Positions 10,224-21,806 of a stretch of DNA of 64,000 bases are shown here, one piece after another. The stretch comes from Cyanobacteriota bacterium (lineage in GTDB: Bacteria; Cyanobacteriota; Cyanobacteriia; PCC-6307; Cyanobiaceae), in NCBI GenBank assembly GCA_046052125.1, contig JBJOMY010000002.1:96001-160000 (forward strand), in the 5' to 3' direction. Position numbers and translations under genes: made by a program. Positions within the stretch are counted from its first letter, which is position 1. Each line of letters opens with the position of its first letter. The notes beneath the pieces are model-generated. The model made no database searches. It saw only the letters and a list, made by a program, of their open reading frames with translations, and was not told the origin of the DNA.

Positions 10224-10368
10224 GGTGTTGTTCCAGTACCGGTTTCACCGATGCCCAGTGATGCTTGCAGTTGCAGCAGATCCTGCTTGGAAAGCAAGGG
10301 TGAATGCGGGAAGAAATTCCGCACTTTTCATCCGGCGAAATCTAAACGCAACCCGGCGGGAATCAAGT

Positions 10369-13338
10369 TCAGCTGAGGGTGGTGCTCGCCAGTTCCTCCA
10401 CCGACGGGCAGGTGCAGACCAAATTGCGATCGCCGTAGGCGTTATCAATCCGGGCCACAGCTGGCCACAGCTTGTCCACCAGCTGCTGTTCACCCAGGGG
10501 ATAACCCCCGCGCTGACGGCTGTAGGAACGCTCCCACTGATCGGCCGTGATGGCCGCCAGGGTGTGGGGCGCCTGCTTCAGCGGGTTATCGAGAGGATCA
10601 CTGGTACCGCTCTCAATCGCCGCGGCCTCCATGCGGATGGCGGCCATGGCATCCACGAAGCGCTGCAGTTCCGCCAGGCCCTCGCTCTCGGTGGGCTCCA
10701 CCATCACCGTTCCGGCCACGGGCCAGCTCACGGTGGGGGCATGGAAGCCGTAATCCATCAACCGCTTGGCCAGATCATCCACCTCAAGCCCGGCGCTGCG
10801 CTTGAGCGGACGCAGATCGAGGATGCATTCATGGGCCACCCGACCGCCGGCGCCGCGATACAGCACCGGGAAGTGAGAATCCAACTGCTCCGCCAACCAG
10901 TTGGCCGCGAGCAGGGCCACCGCTGAAGCCTGGCGCAGGCCGGCACCACCCATCATCCGGATGTACATCCAGCTGATCGGCAGGATGCTGGCGCTACCCC
11001 AGGGGGCAGCGCTCACCGGCCCGATCGCCTGCTCACCGCCGCAGCGCTGCGCCAGGGGATGCCCTGGCAGAAAGGGCAGCAGGTGCTCGGCCACCGCAAT
11101 CGGACCAACTCCGGGCCCACCACCGCCGTGGGGGATGCAGAAGGTCTTGTGGAGGTTGAGATGGCACACATCGGCGCCGTAGAACCCCGGCTTGGCCAAG
11201 CCCACCTGGGCGTTGAGGTTGGCGCCATCGAGATACACCTGACCGCCGTGCTGATGCACCAGGGCACAGATCTCCTGAATGCCCTGCTCGAACACCCCGT
11301 GGGTGGAGGGGTAGGTGACCATCAACGCCGCCAGTTCGGCGCTGTGGGCCTCCATCTTGGCCTGGAGATCGGTGCGGTCGATGTTGCCCTGCTCGTCGCA
11401 GGCCACGGGCACCACCTGCAGGCCCGCCATCACGGCGCTGGCCGGATTGGTGCCATGGGCACTGGCGGGGATCAAACAGATGCGGCGCTGCTGCTGGCCG
11501 CGGCTTCGATGCCAGGCCCGAATCACCAGCAACCCGGCGTATTCGCCCTGGGAGCCGGCGTTGGGCTGGAGTGACACCCCGGCAAAGCCGGTGATCGCCG
11601 CCAGCCACTGCTCCAGGTCCGTCACGAGGCGCCGGTAACCGGCACTCTGCGCCGCCGGTGCAAAGGGGTGCAGGGCTGAAAAGCCCGGCCAGCTCACCGG
11701 CTGCAGCTCGGCGGCCGCATTCAGCTTCATGGTGCAGCTGCCCAGCGGGATCATCCCGTGCACCAGGGAGAAGTCGCGGGCAGCCAACCGCTGGATGTAG
11801 CGGAGCAGCTCGGTTTCACTGCGGTAGCGGCGGAACACCTCCTGCTGCAGCCAGGGCCGCTGGCGCCGGGGCACCGCATCAGCCCAGAGGAGCTGCTCGG
11901 GCACATCGCCGGCCGCAGAGGCGGCGAGCTCCTGCTCAAGCCGTGCCGCCAGGTCCCCTGCCTGGGGCACCGAGGCGGATCCAGCCACAGGTGCCAGAGC
12001 CTCCAGTAACTGCTGGAGCTCGCCCAGATCGCTGCGCTCATCGAGGCTGATGGCCAGGCCATCGGGCTCAGGCCGCAGGTTGAAACCGGCTGCCTCTGCC
12101 GCGGCCAGCAGCTCAGCGGCTGCGGGGGTGCGGAGTCGCAGGGTGTCGAACCCGGGGGTGGGCTCCACGGGCAGCCCCAGCTGCTCCAGCCCACGCCGGA
12201 GCACCTCCCGCAGCCGCAACACCCGCCGCGCTATCTCAGCCAGACCGTCTGGGCCGTGATGCACGGCGTAGAAGCCGGCCATGACAGCCAGCAGCACCTG
12301 AGCAGTGCAGATGTTGCTGGTGGCCTTGTCGCGGCGGATGTGCTGCTCCCGGGTCTGCAGGGCCAGGCGCAGAGCCGCCCGCCCTTCCGCATCCAGCGAT
12401 TGCCCCACCAAGCGGCCTGGGATCCGGCGTTGATGCGCGGTAGTGGTGGCAAAGAAGGCGGCATGGGGACCGCCGAAACCGAGTGGGATCCCAAATCGCT
12501 GACTGCTGCCGATGGCGATCTCAGCCCCCAGCTCGCCCACCGGCGCCATCAGAACCTGGGCGAGGGGGTCGACAGCGGCCGTCACCATCACGCCCGAGGC
12601 ACGGGCAGCAGCGATCAGCTCGGCTGGATCCCAGAGGCCGCCGCTGGCACCAGGCAGCTGCAACAGCAAGCCAAAGGCTCCAGCGAAGGGTGCATCGCCG
12701 CTCGCCTCCGCTGCCTGCAGGGCCGCCGGCTCCACGCGAACCAACTCAATCCCCAAGGGTTCAGCGCGGGTCTGCAGCACCGCCCAGGTTTGGGGCAACA
12801 CATCCGCATCCACCAGGAAGCGCTGAGCGCTGCTGTCGCGGCAGACGCCGTAGCTCAGGCTCATCGCCTCCGCCGCTGCGGTGGCCTCATCCAACAGCGA
12901 GGCGTTGGCAATCGGCAGTCCGGTGAGCTCGCTGATCAGCGTCTGGAAATTGAGCAGCGCCTCCAGGCGCCCCTGGCTGATTTCGGCTTGGTAAGGCGTG
13001 TAGGCCGTGTACCAGGCCGGGTTTTCAAACACGTGGCGCTGCAACAGCGCCGGCGTGATGCAGTCGTAGTAGCCGAGGCCGATCAGGCTGCGGCGCACCT
13101 GGTTGGCAGCGGCGATGCCTGTGAGTTCTGCCAGGGCTTCAGCCTCGCTGCAGCCAGCTGGGAGTCCCTGAGCGGCGCCAGCGGCATCCAGGCGGATGGC
13201 TTCAGGCACCACCGCCGCGATCAACTCGTCGAGAGAGCCGAGCCCCAAATCCGCGAGCATCGAGGCCTGCTCGCCGGCCGTGGGGCCGATGTGGCGAGCG
13301 ACAAAGGGGCTGAGGGCCGTGCGCTGATCAGTGGCCAT
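10369..13338 (-). CDS. gcvP: glycine dehydrogenase (decarboxylating), P protein
   Basis: [46 protein letters not shown]; start placed at MATDQ (13338). Confidence 0.97.
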   Translation of the reverse strand: MATDQRTALSPFVARHIGPTAGEQASMLADLGLGSLDELIAAVVPEAIRLDAAGAAQGLPAGCSEAEALAELTGIAAANQVRRSLIGLGYYDCITPALLQRHVFENPAWYTAYTPYQAEISQGRLEALLNFQTLISELTGLPIANASLLDEATAAAEAMSLSYGVCRDSSAQRFLVDADVLPQTWAVLQTRAEPLGIELVRVEPAALQAAEASGDAPFAGAFGLLLQLPGASGGLWDPAELIAAARASGVMVTAAVDPLAQVLMAPVGELGAEIAIGSSQRFGIPLGFGGPHAAFFATTTAHQRRIPGRLVGQSLDAEGRAALRLALQTREQHIRRDKATSNICTAQVLLAVMAGFYAVHHGPDGLAEIARRVLRLREVLRRGLEQLGLPVEPTPGFDTLRLRTPAAAELLAAAEAAGFNLRPEPDGLAISLDERSDLGELQQLLEALAPVAGSASVPQAGDLAARLEQELAASAAGDVPEQLLWADAVPRRQRPWLQQEVFRRYRSETELLRYIQRLAARDFSLVHGMIPLGSCTMKLNAAAELQPVSWPGFSALHPFAPAAQSAGYRRLVTDLEQWLAAITGFAGVSLQPNAGSQGEYAGLLVIRAWHRSRGQQQRRICLIPASAHGTNPASAVMAGLQVVPVACDEQGNIDRTDLQAKMEAHSAELAALMVTYPSTHGVFEQGIQEICALVHQHGGQVYLDGANLNAQVGLAKPGFYGADVCHLNLHKTFCIPHGGGGPGVGPIAVAEHLLPFLPGHPLAQRCGGEQAIGPVSAAPWGSASILPISWMYIRMMGGAGLRQASAVALLAANWLAEQLDSHFPVLYRGAGGRVAHECILDLRPLKRSAGLEVDDLAKRLMDYGFHAPTVSWPVAGTVMVEPTESEGLAELQRFVDAMAAIRMEAAAIESGTSDPLDNPLKQAPHTLAAITADQWERSYSRQRGGYPLGEQQLVDKLWPAVARIDNAYGDRNLVCTCPSVEELASTTLS

Positions 13339-13717
13339 CCACCTTGGCGCTGTAGGTGGTTGCATCCATCAGCCCCTGCAGCTGAGCGGGGTCGCTGGGG
13401 CGCACCAGCAGCAGCCAGCCCTCCCCGTAGGGATCGTTCTGCAACTCCTCTGGGCTGGCGAGCACGGCTTCATTACGGGCCTCGATCGTGCCGCTGATCG
13501 GTGCGATCACCTCCTCGACGGCCTTCACCGATTCCACGGAGCCGAAGCTGCTGCCTTGGTTGATGGCCGCTCCCACCTCAGGCAGCTCCACAAACACAAT
13601 GTCGCCCAGCTGATCCACGGCGAAGGCACTGATGCCAACCCGCACCAGCTCTCCCTCCGCCCTGGCGTATTCGTGGCTGTCGGCGTAACGGCAGTCGTCG
13701 GGGTAGCTGAGAGCCAT
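13328..13717 (-). CDS. gcvH: glycine cleavage system H protein
   Basis: [10 protein letters not shown], lipoyl motif [15 protein letters not shown]. Confidence 0.97.
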   Translation of the reverse strand: MALSYPDDCRYADSHEYARAEGELVRVGISAFAVDQLGDIVFVELPEVGAAINQGSSFGSVESVKAVEEVIAPISGTIEARNEAVLASPEELQNDPYGEGWLLLVRPSDPAQLQGLMDATTYSAKVDGH

Positions 13718-13837
13718 GGGGCCGCCTGGGCGGGTCGCTGGGGAGCAGTTTGTCGGAAATCGGCGAAGGCGGGTTGAGAAGCGGCCTGGCTTGCAGCTCC
13801 CGCAACACTGTCCTCAGTTCTGTACAGACCTAAGGAA

Positions 13838-15109
13838 TCAGCCAGCGACTGGCCCGCACCACCCCCCATCCGCCAGCGCCAGCAGCGCCCGCTCCAAGGC
13901 GAGCTCTGCGTGGGCCTGGGTGGTGCCGCCCTGGGCATAGAGCACGTAGGGCTCCCGCAGCGGACCATCGGCCGAGAACTCACTGGTGCTGCCATCGATG
14001 AAGGTGCCGCCAGCCATCACCAGCTCGCTTGCGTAGCCGGGCATCGGCGCCGGCACCGGATCGAGATAGCTGCCCACAGGCGAGCAGGCCTGGAAAGCAC
14101 GGCACACCGCCTCGAGCGGCTCGGGCGAGCCGAAGCGCACCGCCTGGATCACATCGCTGCGAATGCCCCCCACCAGGGGCTTCACCGCGTAGCCCAGCTG
14201 CTCGAACACCGCCGCTGTCAGTTCGGCGCAGAGCAAGGCCTCACTCACCATCTGCGGCGCCAGAAACAAGCCCTGGAACAGCAAACGGTGCAAATCGAAG
14301 CCCGTGCCCCCCTCGCTACCGATCCCCGGGGCGGTGAGCCTGCAGCAGGCCTGCTCCACCAGCTCGGCCCGGCCCGCCACATAGCCGCCGGTGGGGGCGA
14401 TGGTGCCGCCGAGGTTCTTGATCAGGGAGCCCGCCATCAGATCGGCCCCCACAGCGGTGGGCTCCTGCAGCTCCACCAACTCGCCGTAGCAGTTGTCCAC
14501 GAACACCAGGCAACCGGGTTGGATCGCCTTCACCCGCTCCACCAGCCGGCCGATCTGCTCCACTGTGAGCGAAGGGCGCCAGCTGTAGCCGCAGCTGCGC
14601 TGGATCAGCACCATGCGCGTGGGCAGCGCCAGAGCGTCGGCAATGCCCGCCTCGTTCACCGTGCCATCCGGCAGCAGATCGAGCTCGTCGTAGGCGATGC
14701 CGAACTCCGCCAGCGAGCCCTGGCCGCTGCCGCGGATGCCGATCACCTCCTCGAGGGTGTCGTAGGGGCGGCCGCTGAGCGCCAGCAAGCGATCGCCAGG
14801 GCGCAGCACGCCATAGAGCGCCGCGGCGATGGCGTGGGTGCCGCTCACAAACTGCAGGCGCACGGCGGCCGCTTCGGCCTGGAGCACCTGAGCGAACACC
14901 CGATCGAGGACCTCACGGCCCAGATCACCGTGGCCGTACCCACTCACCGAAGCGAAGTGATGCACCCCCAGCCGCTCGGCCGCAAACGCCGACAGCACCC
15001 GCTCCAGCCGCGGCTTAATGCCGGAACGGCGCTCGCGGGCTAGAGGGGCGGTGCGTTCCAGGGCAGCAGCCAGCTGATCGGCCGCCCAGGCCTGATGGGA
15101 GGCGGTCAT
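13838..15109 (-). CDS. methionine gamma-lyase family / aluminium-resistance (YnbB-like) PLP enzyme
   Basis: GYGHGDLGRE, FVSGTHAI, DNCYGE, AGSLIKNLGG, MAGGTF. Confidence 0.9.
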   Translation of the reverse strand: MTASHQAWAADQLAAALERTAPLARERRSGIKPRLERVLSAFAAERLGVHHFASVSGYGHGDLGREVLDRVFAQVLQAEAAAVRLQFVSGTHAIAAALYGVLRPGDRLLALSGRPYDTLEEVIGIRGSGQGSLAEFGIAYDELDLLPDGTVNEAGIADALALPTRMVLIQRSCGYSWRPSLTVEQIGRLVERVKAIQPGCLVFVDNCYGELVELQEPTAVGADLMAGSLIKNLGGTIAPTGGYVAGRAELVEQACCRLTAPGIGSEGGTGFDLHRLLFQGLFLAPQMVSEALLCAELTAAVFEQLGYAVKPLVGGIRSDVIQAVRFGSPEPLEAVCRAFQACSPVGSYLDPVPAPMPGYASELVMAGGTFIDGSTSEFSADGPLREPYVLYAQGGTTQAHAELALERALLALADGGWCGPVAG

Positions 15110-15290
15110 GGCAAGTCGCGGGGATTCACCATGCTGCCGGCCGCGTGCCGCTCGCCCATCCGTCTAGATTTTTTTGGATTGGTGTCTTGGCTACAGCTCA
15201 AAACTGTTGCCAGCGCCCCAGGCCAGTGGTGCGTAGGTCCCCAGGGACCCTCGAGCGAACCGGAGCCTGCGCACCCTCTAGGAGTTCACT

Positions 15291-16243
<953 letters not shown>

Positions 16244-16256
<13 letters not shown>

Positions 16257-17026
16257 AGCTGCCGGCGGATCGCCTCCGCCAGATCAAGTTCCCCGTCCCC
16301 TGAGCCCGGTTGCTCCTGCAGCCGGGCTTTTTGGCGCAGCAACTCCAGAAACTGATCGGCACTGAGCTCTTCCTCCTGGGTTGCCCCCAACGCCGCCAGG
16401 GTGCGGCGGAGGTCGTTGAGCTCCGCGTCCAGCTCCTCCGCGCTGAAATCGCGCTGACCTGCCATCACCTCCGCAAAGCGCTCCCGCCGCTGACGCTTCT
16501 CCGCCGGGTAGGCCGCCAAGACCTGCTCCCGGCAAAGTCGCCAGGGCCTTCCGGCGGTGAACAACTCCGCGAGGGCCGCGCTCAAGCCGGCCGCCTCCGC
16601 AGCCTGAATACGCAAATCAAAGCCCGGCGGCAACGGCCTTAGACCCACAAAGATCTCGAACAACTGGGCCGGCCCCAGGGCCGCGCCGTTATCCGCCAGC
16701 AGGGGCAACGCCGAGGCCTGCAAGGCCGCGAGCAACTCCGGCTGATCGACAAGCTGCTCCTCCAACGACGCTGACAACCCTCCAGCTCCCGCGTCTTGAG
16801 CGAGCAGCTGGTTAATCCGCCCCAGCGCCACAAACAGCTCGGGCCCCGGGGAGGCGAGCTTGCGGTTACGCAGGTTGGAGAGCTGCGAGTTGTGAACGCG
16901 GCCCAGATCGAGCCGCTCCGCCAGCGCCGGCAACACCCGCTGGCTCCAGCCATTGCGCTCATGCCAGACCCTGATCAGATGCCCGAACGCGTCGCGGCCC
17001 GCTTCGAGTTCGCTCCGATAATCCAC
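16244..17026 (-). CDS. hypothetical protein with N-terminal XRE-like helix-turn-helix
   Basis: FGHLIRVWHERNGWSQRVL...HNSQLSNLRNRKLASP resembles Cro/C1 HTH pattern; GTG start. Confidence 0.65.
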
Positions 17027-17077
17027 CTGATACGGATCCGTACTGCTACCATTTTATCGGAAACAAACGGAGGGCCC

Positions 17078-18007
17078 ATGACGGCCACCATCACCAGCCC
17101 CGGCAGCGTGCAACACCTGCACCGGCCGCGCGGCGCGCACCACGCCACAACCCCAGTTGCCACTCAGCCGCAGAACCGCGACTGGGTCGTCATCTTGTTT
17201 ATGGGCGCCCTCCACGTACTCGCCCTGGTGGCATTGCTGCCCCAGTTCTGGAGCCTCACCGCCATCGGCACCCTGGCGGTTCTTTATTGGGTGACGGCGT
17301 GCCTGGGCGTCACCATCGGCTACCACCGCCTCCTGAGCCACCGCGCTTTCCGGGTGCCCCGCTGGCTGGAGCGCTTCTTTGCCACCTGCGGCGCCCTCAG
17401 CTGCCAGCACGGCCCGATCGACTGGGTGGGCCTGCACCGCCATCACCACAAATTTTCTGATACGGAACCAGATCACCACAACAGTCACCGCGGCTTCTGG
17501 TGGAGCCACATGGGCTGGATGTTCCGTCCCATCCCTGCCAAAGGAGCAATCCCACGCCTCACCGGCGATCTGGCTTCCGACCCCTATTACCGCTGGTTGA
17601 ACACCAATTTCCTGCTGCTGCAGCTGCCCCTGGCCGGCCTGCTCTTCTGGCTTGGCACCATCACCGGCGCCGGCGGCTGGGCCCTGGTGCTCTGGGGCAT
17701 CCCGCTACGCCTGGTGCTCGTGTATCACGCCACCTGGCTGGTGAACTCCGCGACCCACCGCTGGGGCTACGTGCTCCACGACAGCGGTGACGGGTCCCGC
17801 AACAACCCCTGGGTAGCGGCGCTCACCTTCGGTGAGGGCTGGCACAACACCCATCACGCCTATCCCCATTCGGCGCGCCACGGCTGGGGCCGCCGCGAAC
17901 CCGACCTCACCTGGCTGCACATCCGCCTGATGCAACGCCTGGGGTTGGCGACCCAGGTGCGGCTGCCGGCAGCGCTGACGAACCGTGCTCAAGCACCCGT
18001 GGCGTAG
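17078..18007 (+). CDS. desC: delta-9 acyl-lipid desaturase (second paralog)
   Basis: HRLLSH, HRHHH, GEGWHNTHH; GGAGG RBS before ATG 17078. Confidence 0.93.
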   Translation: MTATITSPGSVQHLHRPRGAHHATTPVATQPQNRDWVVILFMGALHVLALVALLPQFWSLTAIGTLAVLYWVTACLGVTIGYHRLLSHRAFRVPRWLERFFATCGALSCQHGPIDWVGLHRHHHKFSDTEPDHHNSHRGFWWSHMGWMFRPIPAKGAIPRLTGDLASDPYYRWLNTNFLLLQLPLAGLLFWLGTITGAGGWALVLWGIPLRLVLVYHATWLVNSATHRWGYVLHDSGDGSRNNPWVAALTFGEGWHNTHHAYPHSARHGWGRREPDLTWLHIRLMQRLGLATQVRLPAALTNRAQAPVA

Positions 18008-18050
18008 GCTGACCCACTGCCCAAATGTCGATCGTTAGTTCGTAGATCCC

Positions 18051-18509
18051 ATGGCCAAGCGCGTTTCCGTGGTCCTCAGCGAGGACGTCCTCAGCCTGGG
18101 TAAGGACGGCGATCTGGTGGAAGTGGCTCCTGGCTACGCCCGCAACTTCCTGCTGCCCCAAGGCAAGGCTGTGCCCCTCACCCCTGCCGTGATGCGTCAG
18201 GTGGAGCACCGCCGCGCCAAGGAGGCCGAGCGCCAGGCCGCCCTCAAGGCTGAGGCCGTGGCCTTCCGCACCGCCCTCGACACCATCGGCCGCTTCACCG
18301 TGAAGAAGCAAACCGGTGGTGACGACGTGCTGTTCGGCACCGTGACCAACGGCGACGTGGCTGAAGCCATCGAAGCCGCCACCAAGAAGGAAGTGGATCG
18401 CCGCGACATCATTGTTCCTGAAATCCACCGCACCGGCAGCTACAAGGTGCAGGTGAAGCTGCACAGCGAAGTGACCGCTGAGATCAACCTGGAAGTGGTC
18501 AGCCACTGA
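18051..18509 (+). CDS. rplI: 50S ribosomal protein L9
   Basis: [27 protein letters not shown]. Confidence 0.98.
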   Translation: MAKRVSVVLSEDVLSLGKDGDLVEVAPGYARNFLLPQGKAVPLTPAVMRQVEHRRAKEAERQAALKAEAVAFRTALDTIGRFTVKKQTGGDDVLFGTVTNGDVAEAIEAATKKEVDRRDIIVPEIHRTGSYKVQVKLHSEVTAEINLEVVSH

Positions 18510-18581
18510 TTCACCCTCACCAGATCGCTCATTCGTCCACTTGCCGCCTGCGGGCAGCGCGAGAGAATGGTGATTCCCTTT

Positions 18582-18614
18582 GCCGTCAGGCCCCCCGGGG
18601 TCTGGCGGCTTTTT
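18582..18614 (+). terminator. Rho-independent terminator after rplI
   Basis: GCCGTCAGGCCC/GGGTCTGGCGGC stem followed by TTTTT. Confidence 0.75.
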
Positions 18615-18637
18615 GATTCCGTAGGCAGCAATCGGCC

Positions 18638-20053
18638 ATGGTGAGCGTTCCCCTCAGCAACCTCGATCCCGAGGAGGGTCAAGGTCGCCGAGCGGGCTCC
18701 CGCGGCCGGCCCCGCGATGAGGCCAGCTTCGAGGCGATGCCCGATGGCGTGCCGCCGCAGAACCTCGAGGCCGAAGAAGCGGTGCTCGGCGGGATCCTGC
18801 TCGACCCCGATGCCATCGGGCGCGTCGCCGATGTGCTCCAGCCCGAGGCCTTCTATCTCACCGCCCACCGGGAGATCTATCGCACGGCCCTGATGCTGCA
18901 TGGCCAGGGCAAACCCACCGACCTCACGGCGATGACCGCCTGGCTGGCGGACACCGGCGCCCTCGAGAAAGTGGGCGGCAGCGGCCGGCTGGTGGAGCTG
19001 GTGGAGCGCACCCTCTCCACCGCCTCAATCGACCAGGTGGCGCGGCTGGTGATGGACAAGTTCCTGCGCCGCCAGCTGATCCGCTCCGGCAACGAGGTGA
19101 TCCAGCTCGGTTTCGATCAGAGCAAGCCGATGGAGCAGGTGCTCGATGAGGCCGAGCAGAAGATCTTCGCCATCAGCCAGGAGAAGCCGAGCATCGGCCT
19201 CACCCCCACGGCCGAGATCCTCACCGCCACCTTCAACGAGATCGAGAGTCGCTCACTGGGCACAGCGGTGGCCGGGATCCCGGTGAACTTCTACGACCTG
19301 GACGCGATGACCCAGGGGCTGCAACGCAGCGATCTGATCATCATTGCCGGCCGCCCCGCCATGGGCAAAACAGCGATCACGCTCAACCTGGCCAAGAACG
19401 TGGCCCAGCTCCACCAGCTGCCGGTGTGCGTGTTCTCCCTGGAGATGAGCAAGGAGCAGCTCACCTACCGCCTGCTGGCCATGGAGGTGGGCATTGAAAG
19501 CGGTCGCCTGCGCACCGGCCGGCTGCAGCCGGAGGAATGGCCTCTGCTCGGCCAGGGCATCAGCACCCTCGGCCAGATGCCGATCTACATCGACGACAAA
19601 CCCAATGCGGGCGTGCTGGAGATGCGCTCGCTCTGCCGGCGGCTGATGGCCGAATCGGGCAAGGAGCTGGGGCTAGTGGTGATCGACTACCTGCAGCTGA
19701 TGGAAGGTGGCGGCTCCGACAACCGTGTGCAGGAGCTCTCCCGCATCACCCGCGGCCTCAAGCAGATGGCCCGCGAACTCAACGTTCCCGTGATCGCCCT
19801 CTCCCAGCTCAGCCGGGGCGTGGAGGCCCGCACCAACAAGCGGCCAATGCTCTCCGACCTGCGGGAATCGGGCTCGATCGAGCAGGACGCCGATCTGGTG
19901 CTGATGATCTACCGCGACGAGTACTACAACCCCGACACGCCCGATCGCGGCATCACCGAAATCATCGTGACCAAGCACCGCAACGGCCCGGTGGGCACGG
20001 TGAAGCTGCTGTTCGAGCCGCAGTTCACCCGCTTCCGCAATCTGGCGGCCTGA
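18638..20053 (+). CDS. dnaB: replicative DNA helicase
   Basis: PPQNLEAEEAVLG, AGRPAMGKT, IDYLQL, DLRESGSIEQDAD, KHRNGP. Confidence 0.98.
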   Translation: MVSVPLSNLDPEEGQGRRAGSRGRPRDEASFEAMPDGVPPQNLEAEEAVLGGILLDPDAIGRVADVLQPEAFYLTAHREIYRTALMLHGQGKPTDLTAMTAWLADTGALEKVGGSGRLVELVERTLSTASIDQVARLVMDKFLRRQLIRSGNEVIQLGFDQSKPMEQVLDEAEQKIFAISQEKPSIGLTPTAEILTATFNEIESRSLGTAVAGIPVNFYDLDAMTQGLQRSDLIIIAGRPAMGKTAITLNLAKNVAQLHQLPVCVFSLEMSKEQLTYRLLAMEVGIESGRLRTGRLQPEEWPLLGQGISTLGQMPIYIDDKPNAGVLEMRSLCRRLMAESGKELGLVVIDYLQLMEGGGSDNRVQELSRITRGLKQMARELNVPVIALSQLSRGVEARTNKRPMLSDLRESGSIEQDADLVLMIYRDEYYNPDTPDRGITEIIVTKHRNGPVGTVKLLFEPQFTRFRNLAA

Positions 20054-20095
20054 GCGAAGCGCTGCCTAGATTGAAGTCAATCACCGGAGGCTGCC

Positions 20096-21787
20096 ATGGA
20101 GCCGCTCTCCCCATCCTCCGCCTCACCGATCGGGGCGATCCTCAGCAGCGTCAGCGAGGGGCGCGACGATTTCTCCGCCTCGGCGGCCAGCCTGGGGCAG
20201 GTGGCGATCGATTCCGCCGCCACAGGCCGCTGGAAGAAGGGTGACCGCGACTGGTTTGCCGTCTCCCTCGACGCAGACCGGAGCTATCAGTTCCAGCTGA
20301 GCAGCAGCGGCAAACGCCTCACGCCCCAGCTGCTCCTGCGCAACGCAGCGGGCGATGTGGTGGCCCGCAGCCTGGACAGTGCCGGCAGCAGCTGCGCTCT
20401 CTCCTTTGAAAGCACCAGCAGCGGCCTCTTCTATCTCGATGCCGGCAGCAGCGGCCGGGGCAAGGGCAGCTACCAGCTGAGTGCCGCCGTTGCCGATCGG
20501 ATCAACCCACCGCCGCCGGCTCCCGTGAGCCCGGCTCCAACGCCGCAGGATCCGATCACCGCTGCCAACCCAGCACCGCCGGCGCTCACCATCGCGCCGG
20601 CCCCCGAGCGCACCGATGGGATCACCGGTCTGCTCGACGAAACCATCCAGCAGTGGGTGCACACCAGCCTCAGCGACAGCTTGCTCAGCAAAGCGGAACT
20701 GCGCCAGATCCTGGCCTGTGCCGGTGATGGAGGGGTCGTGGATGCCAACGAACTCACCGATCTACGCCGCATTGGCGCCGTGCTGAGCACCTACCTCGAT
20801 CCCAGTCAATCGGCCTATCTCAGCGACATCTATTCCAATGTGGCCGAGAGCAATCCCGCCAACGCCTGGTGGAGCGGGGGCGGCGGACGCACGGCCCTCG
20901 GCAATCTGCAGGCCGGCTCCAGCAGCCTCACCCTGGAGCGGCTACTGGGCAAATGGTTTGACGGGACCGACCTGCCCGTTAATGAGATCGGGGGCGACAG
21001 CGCCGCCGGCATCAGCGGCAGCCGCTTCAGCTACGGCACCACCACCGGCTCCTTGTTGGTGGACGATGTGAACCTGGACGATGTGAGCCAGGGTGCAGCG
21101 GGCACCTGCTACTTGCTGGCCGCCGCTCAAGTGGCGGCTGACAGCATGCCCGCGCTGATCCATGAGCTGTTCTGCGACAACGGCGACGGCACCTACGGGG
21201 TTCGCTTCTACGGCAACGATCGCAGCAGCTTCTGGGTCACCGTGAATAGCAGCCTGCCGCTGAACGGGCAGGGGCAGTTGCTGCTGGCCGGCAACGCCAG
21301 CAAAAGCCGCTCCGGCGAGCTCTGGGTGAGCCTGCTGGAGAAGGCCTATGCCCAGGCCAATGAAACCGGCTGGCTCGGCCGCGATCTCGCCATCAACAGC
21401 TACCAGGAGGTGGAAGGTGGCCTGTTTGAAGCGCTGAGCCACCTCAGCGGCAGCGCCGTCACCGCCTATTCCGCCTACTACGCCGTGGCCGGCAGCACCT
21501 GGGCGGGCCGAACACGAAGCTGGCAGCTGGCGGAAGCCGCAGCCCAGGCAGCTCTGAGCAGCGGCAAGAGCCTCTGGCTGGGCAGCTTCGGCTCCAGCAA
21601 CGGCAGCAACGGCAAAACCAACCTGGTGGCCGGCCATGCCTTTGCCATCTCCAGCTACAACAGCAGCACCGGCACCTATCGGGTGCACAACCCCTGGGGC
21701 GCCAGCGGCGGTGCCAACTGGAACGGCAGTTTCGAGGTGAGCTGGAGGGAGCTTTACAGCGCCCGGGGCATCGTGGCCTGGGTGTGA
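20096..21787 (+). CDS. calpain-family (C2) cysteine peptidase with N-terminal PPC-like domain
   Basis: QGAAGTCYLLAA (Cys), ELWVSLLEKAYAQ, LVAGHAFAI (His), VHNPWG (Asn); N-terminal GDRDWFAVSL...G.Y.L. Confidence 0.88.
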   Translation: MEPLSPSSASPIGAILSSVSEGRDDFSASAASLGQVAIDSAATGRWKKGDRDWFAVSLDADRSYQFQLSSSGKRLTPQLLLRNAAGDVVARSLDSAGSSCALSFESTSSGLFYLDAGSSGRGKGSYQLSAAVADRINPPPPAPVSPAPTPQDPITAANPAPPALTIAPAPERTDGITGLLDETIQQWVHTSLSDSLLSKAELRQILACAGDGGVVDANELTDLRRIGAVLSTYLDPSQSAYLSDIYSNVAESNPANAWWSGGGGRTALGNLQAGSSSLTLERLLGKWFDGTDLPVNEIGGDSAAGISGSRFSYGTTTGSLLVDDVNLDDVSQGAAGTCYLLAAAQVAADSMPALIHELFCDNGDGTYGVRFYGNDRSSFWVTVNSSLPLNGQGQLLLAGNASKSRSGELWVSLLEKAYAQANETGWLGRDLAINSYQEVEGGLFEALSHLSGSAVTAYSAYYAVAGSTWAGRTRSWQLAEAAAQAALSSGKSLWLGSFGSSNGSNGKTNLVAGHAFAISSYNSSTGTYRVHNPWGASGGANWNGSFEVSWRELYSARGIVAWV

Positions 21788-21806
21788 GCAGCCGTAGCGT
21801 GGCGGG

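Noticed and set aside
13718..13837. Canonical glycine riboswitch upstream of gcvH (also checked upstream of gcvT)
   Set aside because: GGAGA...CCGAAG...CTCTCAGG hallmarks not seen on the coding strand
18638..20053. Intein in DnaB
   Set aside because: 471 aa with continuous helicase motifs; no insertion at the usual RESG/SIEQD site
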